DNA of 64,000 nucleotides, from positions 21,080,001 to 21,144,000 of the forward strand of contig CM022670.1 in NCBI GenBank assembly GCA_012295275.1, given 5' to 3'. The notes beneath the pieces are model-generated. The model did not search any database. It saw only the letters and a list, made by a program, of their open reading frames with translations, and was not told the origin of the DNA. This DNA comes from Chrysomallon squamiferum. Lineage: Eukaryota > Animalia > Mollusca. Position numbers and translations under genes: made by a program. Below are positions 51,401 through 64,000 of this stretch, piece after piece; the stretch's first letter is position 1, and each line of letters starts with the position of its first letter.

Positions 51401-53202
51401 AAGAAAACAGACACTACATATATTAACAGAGATAATGGAGGATGAGAAAAAGAATATATATTATTAAATAATATAGGGAAGGAGTGTACAGCATATTACA
51501 AATATTGTTTAGTATGTGGATACATGTAAGCATCTAAACATACATCTGTGTACTTGTCTCTGTGTATCACAGTCAAAAGAATATTTAATATTTATGATAA
51601 TTTTTGTAGTTACCAGTCGTCATTCTTCCCACGGTTTTTCTTTTTATCCTTCTTCTTGGCAGCCTTAGATTTACTTGGAGCCAAACTTGTGTCGTCTTCA
51701 GCCATTTTTGAAACTGGGTCAAGAGAAACTTCATCATCACTTCTATAAAATTAAAATTAAATAAAAAATAATTTACTAACATTTAATGGAAAGGTTAGGA
51801 AACTTTGTTCAGGAGAAAAATGGTCGAGATAAGTAAGTATTTTTGATATGGGAAACATGAGCTTAAACCTAAAAGAAAATATCTGGATATTATATAATAC
51901 ATTAGGAAAACTTTCTGAAAGATTATAAACCCGAATGAGTGCTTCATTCCACCGAACACAAGGATTTGAATGAATGTACATCTCAGAACAACAATGCTGA
52001 ATCAGGAAATCAACTTTAAAAATGCTGCTGACTGCAGAATGCAGCTGTCACCACGAAATATGGCAGCTATATCAAAAGACATTTAATGAGCTGTGCAGTG
52101 GCTCAGAAAAGACAGTTGGTACAAATTACCAAAGGCAAATGGATGAACTCACCCAGCCTACTTGTGCTGAATTTCAACAAAAATATACCCAAAATATTCA
52201 CACTGACTGCATCTCAACAAACAAGAAATCTACTGCTGGACAAGGTTTACTGTTGCAGTGGTTTTAAAATTAATTTGACATATGTCATATGTCAGTCAAT
52301 TGGTCAATAAACTGAATAATAAATTAATACATTTTGTGACTCTTTGTAGGTTAAAGTTTCATAAATTATTATTATTATTATTTTTATTGTTGTGCATTTA
52401 CAACATCATAAGCAATTTATTTTAGTTTCCTTCAGAGATCATGGAGGTTAAATCATGGGTTAGATCAAGGCAATATCTAATTTGACCTTTAGATTGTGTA
52501 CAGAACATTCCCAGTTTTGCCAGCAAATAAATTATATTAATATAAAAATGTACTCATGGATTATTAAACACATATTCATTCCTTTTATATTAAATGGAAT
52601 AATTTTACCTGTATGTTGAATAAACACTTTTTTTTTTTTTTTTTTTTTCAAAAATTAGTTCTTTGAATATATAATAAAAATAAAGTTTGAATAATTCAAT
52701 AAAGATTTATGATATTTATGTATCTAACTCCACGTGTTAATCTGCAACAACAACTGCCTTTGAATGAAATATTTGACACTGGTTGGATAAAAGAAGTTCC
52801 TGTCGTTCCTATTTGTATTGTATTGTGATAACAGAACTGCATACCTAGTAAGACTTATATGCTGCAAAGTATAAACTTCAATGCGTCAACGATTCTGTTC
52901 CAGCGATTGCACCATTTCCGGACATTTACTGATTAGTAAAAGGACAGAAACTGAATAATACTTTAATAAAAGAAACTGACGTAACATATTTCTTAGCATT
53001 ACTGCCGTGGCAAACTCTGTTAGATTTAAATTAGAACCTGTTAGTCATTTTAATGAATGTATAATTGTATTGTAAAGTCTGTTTATCTTCATCTTGGATT
53101 AAGCGGCGATTGATGTAAACCAAATCTGCCGAATGATATGACATTATAAATAACTTACACATCATTGACATCTCCTTTTTGGCCCTTTTTAGGTTTACCC
53201 AT
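12280..53202 (-). CDS. EIF5B: Eukaryotic translation initiation factor 5B (IF2-family GTPase), 25 coding exons, ~1226 aa
   Basis: Manual GT-AG exon chain from ATG 53202 (MGKPKKGQK) to TGA 12280. K/E/D-rich N-terminus; G1 [18 protein letters not shown]3 DTPGHESF, G4 NK|VD, G5 TSAH; [12 protein letters not shown]; C-terminal [12 protein letters not shown]. Exons sum to 3680 nt, one base short of a multiple of 3 (exon 3/4 junction). Confidence 0.97.
17505..17666 (-). CDS. EIF5B: eIF5B exon 24, domain IV (GQEVCIKIE...YGRHFD)
   Basis: Conserved motif; CAG acceptor, GTTAGC donor. Confidence 0.96.
21601..21674. repeat. (GA)n microsatellite
   Basis: Seen directly. Confidence 0.95.
21927..22130. repeat. 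Diverged local tandem duplication (~94-bp offset)
   Basis: GATRTGTACAAAGATAYATAAAACAGC at 21927 and 22021, each followed by RTGATGA...CTCC...TTCATTCAT. Confidence 0.7.
22418..22717 (-). mobile_element. tRNA-derived SINE-like element, near full length, in eIF5B intron 23
   Basis: (GGAA)n tail at 22423-22446; body motifs ACGCACTCAACACA, AGCAGCAAGGAATCTTTTATAT and CACTGGCTGTAATGAGAAATA recur in decayed form elsewhere in the window; A-box-like head near 22700-22717. Confidence 0.65.
28048..28351 (-). CDS. EIF5B: eIF5B exon 23 (ILAFDV...ADIIYHLFD...GTPICV)
   Basis: Within ORF 28015-28344; GTAAGT donor. Confidence 0.97.
29265..29460 (-). mobile_element. Decayed SINE copy in eIF5B intron 22
   Basis: AAGGGATCTTTTAAATGCA...AAATAGCCCAA motifs. 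Confidence 0.4.
30887..30963 (-). CDS. EIF5B: eIF5B exon 22 ([19 protein letters not shown])
   Basis: Conserved motif; GTGAGT donor. Confidence 0.95.
31198..31329 (-). CDS. EIF5B: eIF5B exon 21 ([19 protein letters not shown])
   Basis: Domain III motif; CAG acceptor, GTAAAT donor. Confidence 0.96.
32403..32534 (-). CDS. EIF5B: eIF5B exon 20 ([19 protein letters not shown])
   Basis: Conserved motif; CAG acceptor, GTGAAT donor. Confidence 0.96.
33072..33233 (-). CDS. EIF5B: eIF5B exon 19, domain II ([13 protein letters not shown])
   Basis: Conserved motif; CAG acceptor, GTAACT donor. Confidence 0.96.
37805..38209. repeat. ~74-bp minisatellite: 3 near-identical and ~2 degenerate units
   Basis: AGATAATTAACACATAAAAACGTTAAGGTTCTACAACTGTACAATCCCAC starts at 38013, 38087 and 38160 (third copy has one substitution). 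Confidence 0.9.
40397..42188. repeat. Long imperfect inverted repeat (arms ~40397-40543 and ~42062-42188)
   Basis: Perfect 19-bp ACATGATAGCAACATGACA / TGTCATGTTGCTATCATGT plus collinear GGAAATATTAATCA, TTTATAATCA, CAAGAGAAAAT and AAAAGCAAG blocks. Confidence 0.85.
41622..41672. repeat. (CT)n microsatellite between the inverted-repeat arms
   Basis: Seen directly. Confidence 0.95.
43234..43416 (-). CDS. EIF5B: eIF5B exon 18 ([13 protein letters not shown]...QATTME)
   Basis: G5 motif; TAG acceptor, GTAGGC donor. Confidence 0.95.
43700..43840 (-). mobile_element. Decayed SINE fragment in eIF5B intron 17
   Basis: GGATCTTTAT...CTGTAATGGGAAATAGCCTAATGG; similar fragment near 44665-44700. Confidence 0.35.
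43850..43981 (-). CDS. EIF5B: eIF5B exon 17 (VDRLYQWK...MAEQ)
   Basis: Completes NKVD; GTAAGT donor. Confidence 0.95.
44252..44393 (-). CDS. EIF5B: eIF5B exon 16 ([15 protein letters not shown]...ALNK)
   Basis: Conserved G-domain sequence; phase 2/0. Confidence 0.96.
45008..45075 (-). CDS. EIF5B: eIF5B exon 15 ([15 protein letters not shown])
   Basis: G3 motif; CAG acceptor, GTAATT donor. Confidence 0.96.
45569..45679 (-). CDS. EIF5B: eIF5B exon 14 ([16 protein letters not shown])
   Basis: Switch-1 motif; CAG/GT boundaries. Confidence 0.96.
46258..46365 (-). CDS. EIF5B: eIF5B exon 13, G1/P-loop ([22 protein letters not shown])
   Basis: Canonical IF2/eIF5B P-loop; TAG acceptor, GTAATT donor. 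Confidence 0.96.
46677..46843 (-). CDS. EIF5B: eIF5B exon 12 (acidic tract)
   Basis: CAG acceptor, GTAAAA donor; within ORF 46590-46844. Confidence 0.88.
47238..47477 (-). CDS. EIF5B: eIF5B exon 11 (T/P-rich; DSWDA...DTWDASDDE)
   Basis: CAG acceptor, GTATGT donor; within ORF 47173-47502. Confidence 0.88.
47739..47822 (-). CDS. EIF5B: eIF5B exon 10 ([17 protein letters not shown])
   Basis: CAG acceptor, GTGATT donor; phase 1/1. Confidence 0.88.
48074..48224 (-). CDS. EIF5B: eIF5B exon 9 ([13 protein letters not shown])
   Basis: Conserved eIF5[10 protein letters not shown] motif; CAG/GT boundaries. Confidence 0.92.
48422..48624 (-). CDS. EIF5B: eIF5B exon 8 (coiled-coil, [20 protein letters not shown])
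   Basis: CAG acceptor, GTAAAA donor; phase 1/0. Confidence 0.9.
49160..49250 (-). CDS. EIF5B: eIF5B exon 7 ([10 protein letters not shown]...AKE)
   Basis: CAG acceptor, GTTTGT donor; phase 0/1. Confidence 0.85.
49607..49840 (-). CDS. EIF5B: eIF5B exon 6 (PAEPK...[20 protein letters not shown])
   Basis: TAG acceptor, GTTAGA donor; phase 0/0. Confidence 0.9.
50177..50437 (-). CDS. EIF5B: eIF5B exon 5 (GHDSDD...[12 protein letters not shown]...QQE)
   Basis: AAG acceptor, GTGGGT donor; within ORF 50132-50485. Confidence 0.85.
50836..50981 (-). CDS. EIF5B: eIF5B exon 4 ([13 protein letters not shown]...[12 protein letters not shown])
   Basis: CAG acceptor, GTATTA donor; the open frame needs a phase-1 start. 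Confidence 0.8.
51228..51336 (-). CDS. EIF5B: eIF5B exon 3 ([13 protein letters not shown]...KPVKKK)
   Basis: CAG acceptor, GTGTTT donor; ends in phase 0, one base off from exon 4. Confidence 0.8.
51614..51742 (-). CDS. EIF5B: eIF5B exon 2 ([12 protein letters not shown]...KNRGKNDDW)
   Basis: TAG acceptor, GTAACT donor, open frame. Confidence 0.85.
51939..52270 (+). pseudogene. Highly decayed Tc1/mariner transposase C-terminal fragment in eIF5B intron 1
   Basis: With stops and frameshifts it reads VLH...SQNNNA...[16 protein letters not shown]...DELTQ...EFQQ, paralleling the spacing of QQDNA...WPAxSPDLN. Confidence 0.35.
53159..53202 (-). CDS. EIF5B: eIF5B coding exon 1 ([14 protein letters not shown])
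   Basis: ATG at 53202; GTAAGT donor; phase 2 fits exon 2. Confidence 0.85.
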
Positions 53203-53400
53203 ATTTTGTTGTCGACTGCTAGATTGCAACTAACAAAATACAAAATAAACAACTCAGGAACTGTTAATTCGTTACAATATTGCGCTTCTACATTCATTGA
53301 ACTTGTAAGCATGGAACTTTATTTCCGGTTATTGGAATTATGGGTCATTTATTAAATATCTAACTCGGACGAAGATCAAGAACTGTTCTTGATTCTTAAC
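53203..53400 (-). promoter_or_regulatory. eIF5B 5'UTR and core promoter
   Basis: Directly upstream of the ATG; local CpG retention; ETS site ACCGGAAAT on the minus strand at 53321-53329. Confidence 0.55.
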
Positions 53401-55740
53401 GAATATAATTTAAGTAAATTTGTGTAAAAATTATAATAATCTTAGTGAAATGCCTAATGAAAAAGGTTCAGTACTGGTATAATAATAATAAATGAACATT
53501 AAAAATAAATAAATAACAGTAGTCTGGGTAGACTGAGTAGTACTAGTACAACAAAAACTTGGTGAATGCTCTATTCATTGAATTATGCAATCAAATTAAT
53601 AGCTGATAGGGTTCCAAATCCACTGGGATTGATTGTTGAAGCAGTTTATTTGATATCATATATATATATCTATATATATACATATAAACACACACACACG
53701 TGTATGAGCATAATATTCATAAATGCATATTAAAAAAAAAAGGTTTATGGTAAATCAATTACTTTAATAATATTTTACTTTTATACACTGCTCTTCGAAT
53801 TTTTGATTCACATCTGCTCTGAAGACACTATTTTGTATTTTTAGACAAACAAAATATGAAAAATGAGAAATATGTTACTCTATGAAACCTCCAGGAAAAA
53901 AGCCAGTCTTAATATGACTGGTATCCTTTTCTCTTTCCACTGCCTTCTCCCTCTCTTGCATATGCTATGCACATATAAAATAAACAAGAAACAAAATAGC
54001 TACATTTAACAATTCTTTATTCATCAAATAACAATACCGAATATGGAATAAAAGTGACATTACAGATAAGTTTTTTGTGTTTTTTGTACACTTCTTTATG
54101 GATATATAAACAGCAGATATAATAAAACATAAATGAGTAAATAAGCAGTAAGTTCTATATTTAAAAAGTTCTAAAAAAAAATTATTTAAATAAAGTTGAA
54201 GACAGTTATTATTCATCTTTTTTCAATATTTTGTATTAAACACATTTAATACCATATTTAATTTTTAAAATTTCAGAATCAGTTACACAAGACTCATCAC
54301 AGAAATGGTAACCTAGTATCATTAAATATTATACTGTTGAAAATCTCAATTAAGAGATATTGCACAATGATCAGAGACTGTAAACATAGCCTTACATTTT
54401 TTCATTAAAAAAACTGTAGATCATGTAAAGAGTCCAGTCAACGGTTTACAAATATTCGGAAATAAGAGTGGCCGCAAGTAAACACAGTATTTATATTACT
54501 AAAAAAATAAAACATAATTTAAAAAAAAAAATTCTTTTATACAATTAATATTTAATTGACTTAAATATAACACCATATCTAAATATATAGTAAATGATAA
54601 ACATGTACTCCACAATATTAAAATATTGGACAAATAATTATTAGGCCTCACCCTCTAAAGCCAACATATCTAATACAAGAAAATAAAAATATTCCTCAAA
54701 TGATATACTATAAAGTCTAAACAAAAATAAATTCTTTCTGGTACAGAATTTCAATGTTGTAAGTACATTTCTGATAGTTCTGTAATACGTTCCTTCCCAA
54801 CTATAAGCTCACTAATAATTTTATCTACGACAAAATATTAACATTTAAAAAACAAAACACATTTATATATTACAGATTTCTGAGCAGATTCTGAACGGAC
54901 TGAATCCAGCTTGTTCCCATTCTATTTTGCTGACCAAACTATGTTTAATTATATTTAACTCCTTAAGTAATATGCTTTATTTACATTGGTTGGTTCCTTT
55001 CTTAAATGTTCAATCCAGTCCTGAAATTTGTACTTTCAAAATTAACTTTTTAAAAAAGGATTACCCAAACTACCCAATTCCTGCACCAACACCTTTCCCA
55101 AATGATAAATAAATAATGTACATCATAAATAGAAACAAAAAATTGTTGTATATGAAATTAAATAAGAGTCTGTAAAACCAACAAATAATAATAATTACGA
55201 TTATTTTCTTTTACAATTGTGCGCTACAAAATTTTAACTTTTACTTGATTAATTATGACATTTTTGTTCTGGTTCTGGCTTCTAATTTTTAACAGAATAA
55301 AGGTGCAAGCACTGATTAATATTATTATCTCAAATATTTTGTTTACAATTTCATATTGTTTAGTGTTTCAAAACATAATCCTATGTGCAATAATGTAACT
55401 GATATTATCTTCAAAGGTATTTTTGCTGTTGCACATCATTATTTATAGGACTTTATTCTACAACCAAATATCACTTAATTGTTTTCAGAACTGTTTTTTT
55501 TTCATAAATAAATATACATTCATGTACAATACCTTGTTACTGCAACCACTGATATAATTTTATTACATCAATCAATTAATGATGTTATATTATAAATACT
55601 ACAGAAAACACTGAAAGTGACAATTAATTTCAAAAAGCTGTTTACATAACTGAGATGAAAAATAAAATAAAAGAATTAACAAAGACACCATCTATTTTTG
55701 CTTATATACACAAATCGCCATGATAACTAGTTTTTTCCTT

Positions 55741-59759
<4,019 letters not shown>

Positions 59760-59895
59760 TTCGCTCTTAAAATGGCGATACACATAAATAATGTTCGGCA
59801 ATTTTCGATTATTTCCGTAAGAGAAGTATAACATTTTCGTTTTCTAAATTTAGCAACTTTTAATACATGTCTAAATAACCTATACTTTAAAAGAG

Positions 59896-59943
<48 letters not shown>

Positions 59944-60315
59944 TGCATATTTGTGGCTTACAGTTTAGAAGGAGTTCTATAATGTTAGATGCAAAAAAAA
60001 AAAAAAAAAAAAAATAAAATAAATAAATAAATAAAAATAAAAAAAAAAAAAAAAAAAAAGCAACCAAAAAAAGTTCATTTAAATACGTCGTTATATGACT
60101 AAGGACATACTAATATTTTTTTTCTGTTATTAAATATGCTTTCAGTTATAACTGAAGCTTCTTAATCGTTTACTTGTATGTTACTTTTAAAAAAATAATG
60201 AAGGAAAAAATATAATTAGTATACAAAACATTCAAAATATAATTAATCATACATGTACATAATATACATTAAAAAAATAATATCTGTATTTTGATTCGCT
60301 TCAAACTGTACAGAC

Positions 60316-60348
<33 letters not shown>

Positions 60349-60880
60349 AGTATAAATTTCATTGTCCGATCTTTTTTCCTGTTGTTTTGCTCAGATATAC
60401 CATACTAGTTTTTTTGAGTTCAGTATGCCCATGAAAACGTTAGACTAAGAAAAATATTACGTCTAAAATCTCAAAAAATTAAATAATGAACTATTAAATG
60501 AATATTTTTATATATCTATTTAATTATTAAGAATTCTATTAATTGTTTAGTCAGAATTAAAATAAAAATAAAAATTGTATATGACCCTTCATTTATAATT
60601 TAAAAAATTTAAAAAAATTAGAGTATGACACAGTTGGAACAGAGGTCTTTCACGATATAGTAACGTGCTGTCTATATATAAAAAAAAGACAAATAAATAT
60701 CAACTTTCATTCGGGAATCATCGGATTCCTTTCCGATTGCCAGTCTAACCTTTGTTGCAGTATTGCACGAATATCTCCGGCACTGACCGAATCTAAACTA
60801 TTGGACGTTGATTGGTTAAACTCAGTTGACAGAACGTGGTTGGTGCGTGCTACGAGAAATGGTATATATTTGACCTTACC
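59760..60880. promoter_or_regulatory. Divergent promoter region between NDFIP and the ASB-like gene
   Basis: Head-to-head genes; CpG retained; YY1-like AAAATGGCG 59769-59777; inverted CCAAT (ATTGG) at 60800 and 60811. Confidence 0.6.
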
Positions 60881-60964
60881 CTGTTTCCGCTATTTTGTTT
60901 ATGGTCGGTTTGTGAGGATCTGCATAAATAACGAACTTAATTTGGAATTGCTGCAACGCACTGG
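60880..60964 (+). other. Probable non-coding first exon of the ASB-like gene (5' end approximate)
   Basis: CpG-rich segment ending in G|GTAATT (intron begins 60965), which would splice to the acceptor ending at 61956. Confidence 0.45.
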
Positions 60965-61071
60965 GTAATTTATGAAATTTTTGGACTTATGTTACAATTT
61001 AATTTTGCAGATTTTAAAACGTTTATGCTTATGGAATATTGCGGTGTCGGAGTATGCTTATTTATAAAGCC

Positions 61072-61102
<31 letters not shown>

Positions 61103-61104
61103 AA

Positions 61105-61140
<36 letters not shown>

Positions 61141-61401
61141 AAAAAAGTGAAGTTACTTTTAATGTTGAGTTGTTTTGATTCACTGCTTGATGTGCTTTTT
61201 AATAATAACGTTTGGACTCAAATTAACTATCAGTAGTAGAAATTTAATATTTAAGAATCAAATAAAGAATATGTTGTACAATACGTCAATAGTATTTGGC
61301 TATCGAGTAAATAACAAACAGCGAAACACGAGGAACTCGGAATTTTAAAACAAATGTTGATATTCGGTTTCTTTTATCACTAGTATAAAAAAAATGAATT
61401 A

Positions 61402-61434
<33 letters not shown>

Positions 61435-61974
61435 TGTTAATTTAGCACATAAAATAAAACTTTAACTGTAATCGTACTACCAAAATTCTGTTAATATATT
61501 ATTTATTCTCGTTTTTTTTTAAAAAAAGAAAGAAAAAAAGAAGAAAAAAAAAGTATTGAACGTTATGACAGTTATTTAGATAATTTTGTTTTAAATGCTC
61601 TAAATATATTTCATATATTTTAGTCATATTTCTTCTGCCTATGGATATCATCCATGCTTATAAAAAAAAAAAAAAGTATATTAACATATTACTGGCCCTT
61701 TTTGCTGTTTGGTAAAAAATAGTTTTTTAAATCTCACCTTTTTTTTTTTTTTTTTTTTTTTTAATGAATAGTAAATAATACTAAAATACAAAAAAGAAAA
61801 AGATAGTAAATTTCTTAATATAAATTTCTGGATGATTTAAAGGTGTTTTTTTTATTGTTTTTATGCTTGCTGTAAAAGTGTAATAGTCTAATAATTTGTT
61901 TACTGAACATTTAAAAAAAATTAATTTTATTAATTTTAAACTGTCTGCTCTTTCAGTTGTTGAGCAATGTCACT

Positions 61975-63231
61975 ATGGCAACAGCTGATGCAGAACAACA
62001 GTTGAAGGAGATATGTGAGGCTGTGAAGAAAAATGATCTAACAAATCTGAAATTTCTGCTGGAAAGTCAACCAGACATTAATCGTGTTTCTGAAGATGAC
62101 CGAATTCCTGCACTGGCTTTGGCTTGTTCCCGTGGCAACATCGAAGCTGTTAAATTGTTAATAAACTCAGGGGCTGACGTGAACTGTCCAGGGCCAGATG
62201 GGAGAACATCTTTGCACTATGCCTGTGGTGAAGAAGATCATAAACCTGAACTGCTGCAGATATTGGACATACTCATAGAACATGGTGCTGATGTTAATGA
62301 AACTGATAACATGGGTTGCACTCCATTGTATTATGCCTGTCAAGCTGATGATACAAAGATGGTGCACAGACTTATTGAGGAGGGATGTTCTATTAATACA
62401 AAAACAGTTGAAGGTGACTCTCCAATGAAGGTTGCATGCAGAAATGCAGAATACTGGTTCTTCTGGAAGGGTAGAGATATTCATGGAACATCCTGCACAC
62501 CAGTAGATCCAAACAAATTTGCTCCAGTTCAGATAATCAAACTTCTTCTGCAGAATGGTTCTGATCCTGGTGAAGCAACTTTCTTACCGACTGCTGTCCT
62601 GTTTGGGGCAGTGAACCTAGTCAAAGAACTTCTTAGCTTCAATATGAATGTCAACATGATGGACCAGTCGGAGAGACTTCCTCTTGGATGTGCATGTTCA
62701 TCTGCTACAGTTGATGCCAGTGTTGTCGAAATGCTTCTGAAGCATGGAGCAGATGTGAACAAAGGTGGAGGATGGAGGAAGCAGAAACCAGTGATTTTTG
62801 CATATGCTCACAATTCGGTTGAAAAAATACGTCTGCTCTTGTCATACGGTGCTGAAATAACCAGTGATGAAATGACAGATCTTGTGTCACTTAGTCTTTC
62901 AAAATCAGTTCTGGAAAATCCAGAAGTTATCTCCCCTTCCAGCAAAGAGCTCATTTCATGGCGTCTGCTTCTTGCTGCTGGATTCCGTCCTGTTATAGGG
63001 GGTTCACTGCAAGGGAAGATCCACAAACTGACCATCTGCAGTAGTTATGATAAGATTTCTTCATGGATTCCTACTTTGTTATCGCCTATACACACACTTG
63101 CTGAGTGTTGTAGAATTAGAATTCGTCACAGTTTGCCTCTGAGTATCGATGAAAATGTAGAAAAACTGCCACTTCCACCACGTGTTAAAAAATTCTTACA
63201 GTTCAGAGAACCCAAATTTTCTTTATCTTAA
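61975..63231 (+). CDS. Ankyrin repeat and SOCS box-containing protein (ASB-like), 418 aa, single coding exon
   Basis: Several ankyrin repeats (ALALACSRGNIEAVKLLINSGADVN, TSLHYAC, TPLYYAC, LPLGCAC...LLKHGADVN). C-terminal SOCS box TLAECCRIRIRHSL...LPLPPRVKKFL. TTTCAG acceptor ends at 61956; first in-frame ATG at 61975. Confidence 0.92.
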   Translation: MATADAEQQLKEICEAVKKNDLTNLKFLLESQPDINRVSEDDRIPALALACSRGNIEAVKLLINSGADVNCPGPDGRTSLHYACGEEDHKPELLQILDILIEHGADVNETDNMGCTPLYYACQADDTKMVHRLIEEGCSINTKTVEGDSPMKVACRNAEYWFFWKGRDIHGTSCTPVDPNKFAPVQIIKLLLQNGSDPGEATFLPTAVLFGAVNLVKELLSFNMNVNMMDQSERLPLGCACSSATVDASVVEMLLKHGADVNKGGGWRKQKPVIFAYAHNSVEKIRLLLSYGAEITSDEMTDLVSLSLSKSVLENPEVISPSSKELISWRLLLAAGFRPVIGGSLQGKIHKLTICSSYDKISSWIPTLLSPIHTLAECCRIRIRHSLPLSIDENVEKLPLPPRVKKFLQFREPKFSLS

Positions 63232-63753
63232 CAAAAATTGAAATTGAAGTTATTATTAAAGTTATTATTAAAATAATCTTCTGATACATCCTGCCTGTGA
63301 AAACACCTAAAATGTAGTTTTGTTGCCTTTATAGGTTATATATTTACATAATTACAAAATCACATGGCCTTACTTAATGTGATATATCTAATAATGGATA
63401 AAGCAAAAACTATTTCAATTTATTATTACTAATTCATTTTTTGTAATTCATCTGTGAAAAGAACTTGGGGAAAAATCCCAGCAATTCAGAGTAAGTCAAC
63501 TATTATTATCTTTTACAGTTTTTCACCACCAGCAATTCAAATTAAATTGGCAATGCATTTTCAAATCCAAAACTATACATATAACGGTAAATTATTTAAT
63601 GTATATTGTTTAAAACAAGTTTTAATTTAATATCCTGCATGACAGTCTTTATTTTGTATATTTTGTAATTTGTGATGAAATTTAATTTATCTAATTTGCA
63701 AAAAGTAAAGCAAAATGTTCATCTATAGTTTTAATAATAATCATATATATATA

Positions 63754-63811
<58 letters not shown>

Positions 63812-64000
63812 TAGGGTGTCTGTAAAGTTACTGTACAGTTATTTGTAATAAAGAAATATCAATGGTTAGACTAAAGAAGATTTCAGAAAATAAATGTATT
63901 ACATGAGAAAATATTGTAACACTATAAGCAATCAATTTTATTTACTGCAGTTAAGATAAATGTTCGAATATTTTATAGAGTTGTTTTTAGTATGCCTATT

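Noticed and set aside
43417-51613. Intronic snoRNAs, often hosted by translation-factor genes
   Set aside because: No sense-strand C/D pair with a terminal stem or clear H/ACA fold was seen by eye; an Infernal/Rfam scan is needed to exclude them.
62167-63035. Minus-strand ORFs overlapping the ASB-like CDS
   Set aside because: Antisense shadows of the real coding frame.
63811-63900. TAGGGTGTCTGTAAAGTTACTGTACA, a mariner-like TIR start after a TA repeat
   Set aside because: The partner end is not within the window, so it cannot be supported.

Overview
AT-rich animal genomic DNA with many microsatellites, probably molluscan; the gastropod guess rests only on a recalled resemblance of one SINE family. 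It holds three protein-coding genes. (1) eIF5B, minus strand, 25 coding exons, 53202 to 12280, about 1226 aa with all GTPase motifs. (2) NDFIP (Nedd4-family interacting protein), minus strand, 7 exons, 59759 to 55741, about 212 aa. (3) An ankyrin-repeat/SOCS-box (ASB-like) gene, plus strand, with an intronless CDS at 61975-63231, head-to-head with NDFIP. eIF5B and NDFIP each show one apparent single-base frameshift, most likely consensus errors. The most interesting pattern is non-coding. eIF5B introns 2-17 are all 197-614 bp, but introns 18, 22, 23 and 24 reach 2.5-10.4 kb and contain motif-dense, enhancer-like islands. These face a CpG-rich regulatory zone at 1-6 kb with two ETS-CRE composites, consistent with eIF5B being a bystander gene in the regulatory block of an unseen gene left of the window (inference). 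Also present: decayed SINEs, a hAT-like MITE with TSD, a probable Tc1 transposase fossil, a long intronic inverted repeat and minisatellites. No tRNA, rRNA, CRISPR or convincing snoRNA/miRNA was seen. Coordinates were derived by hand.
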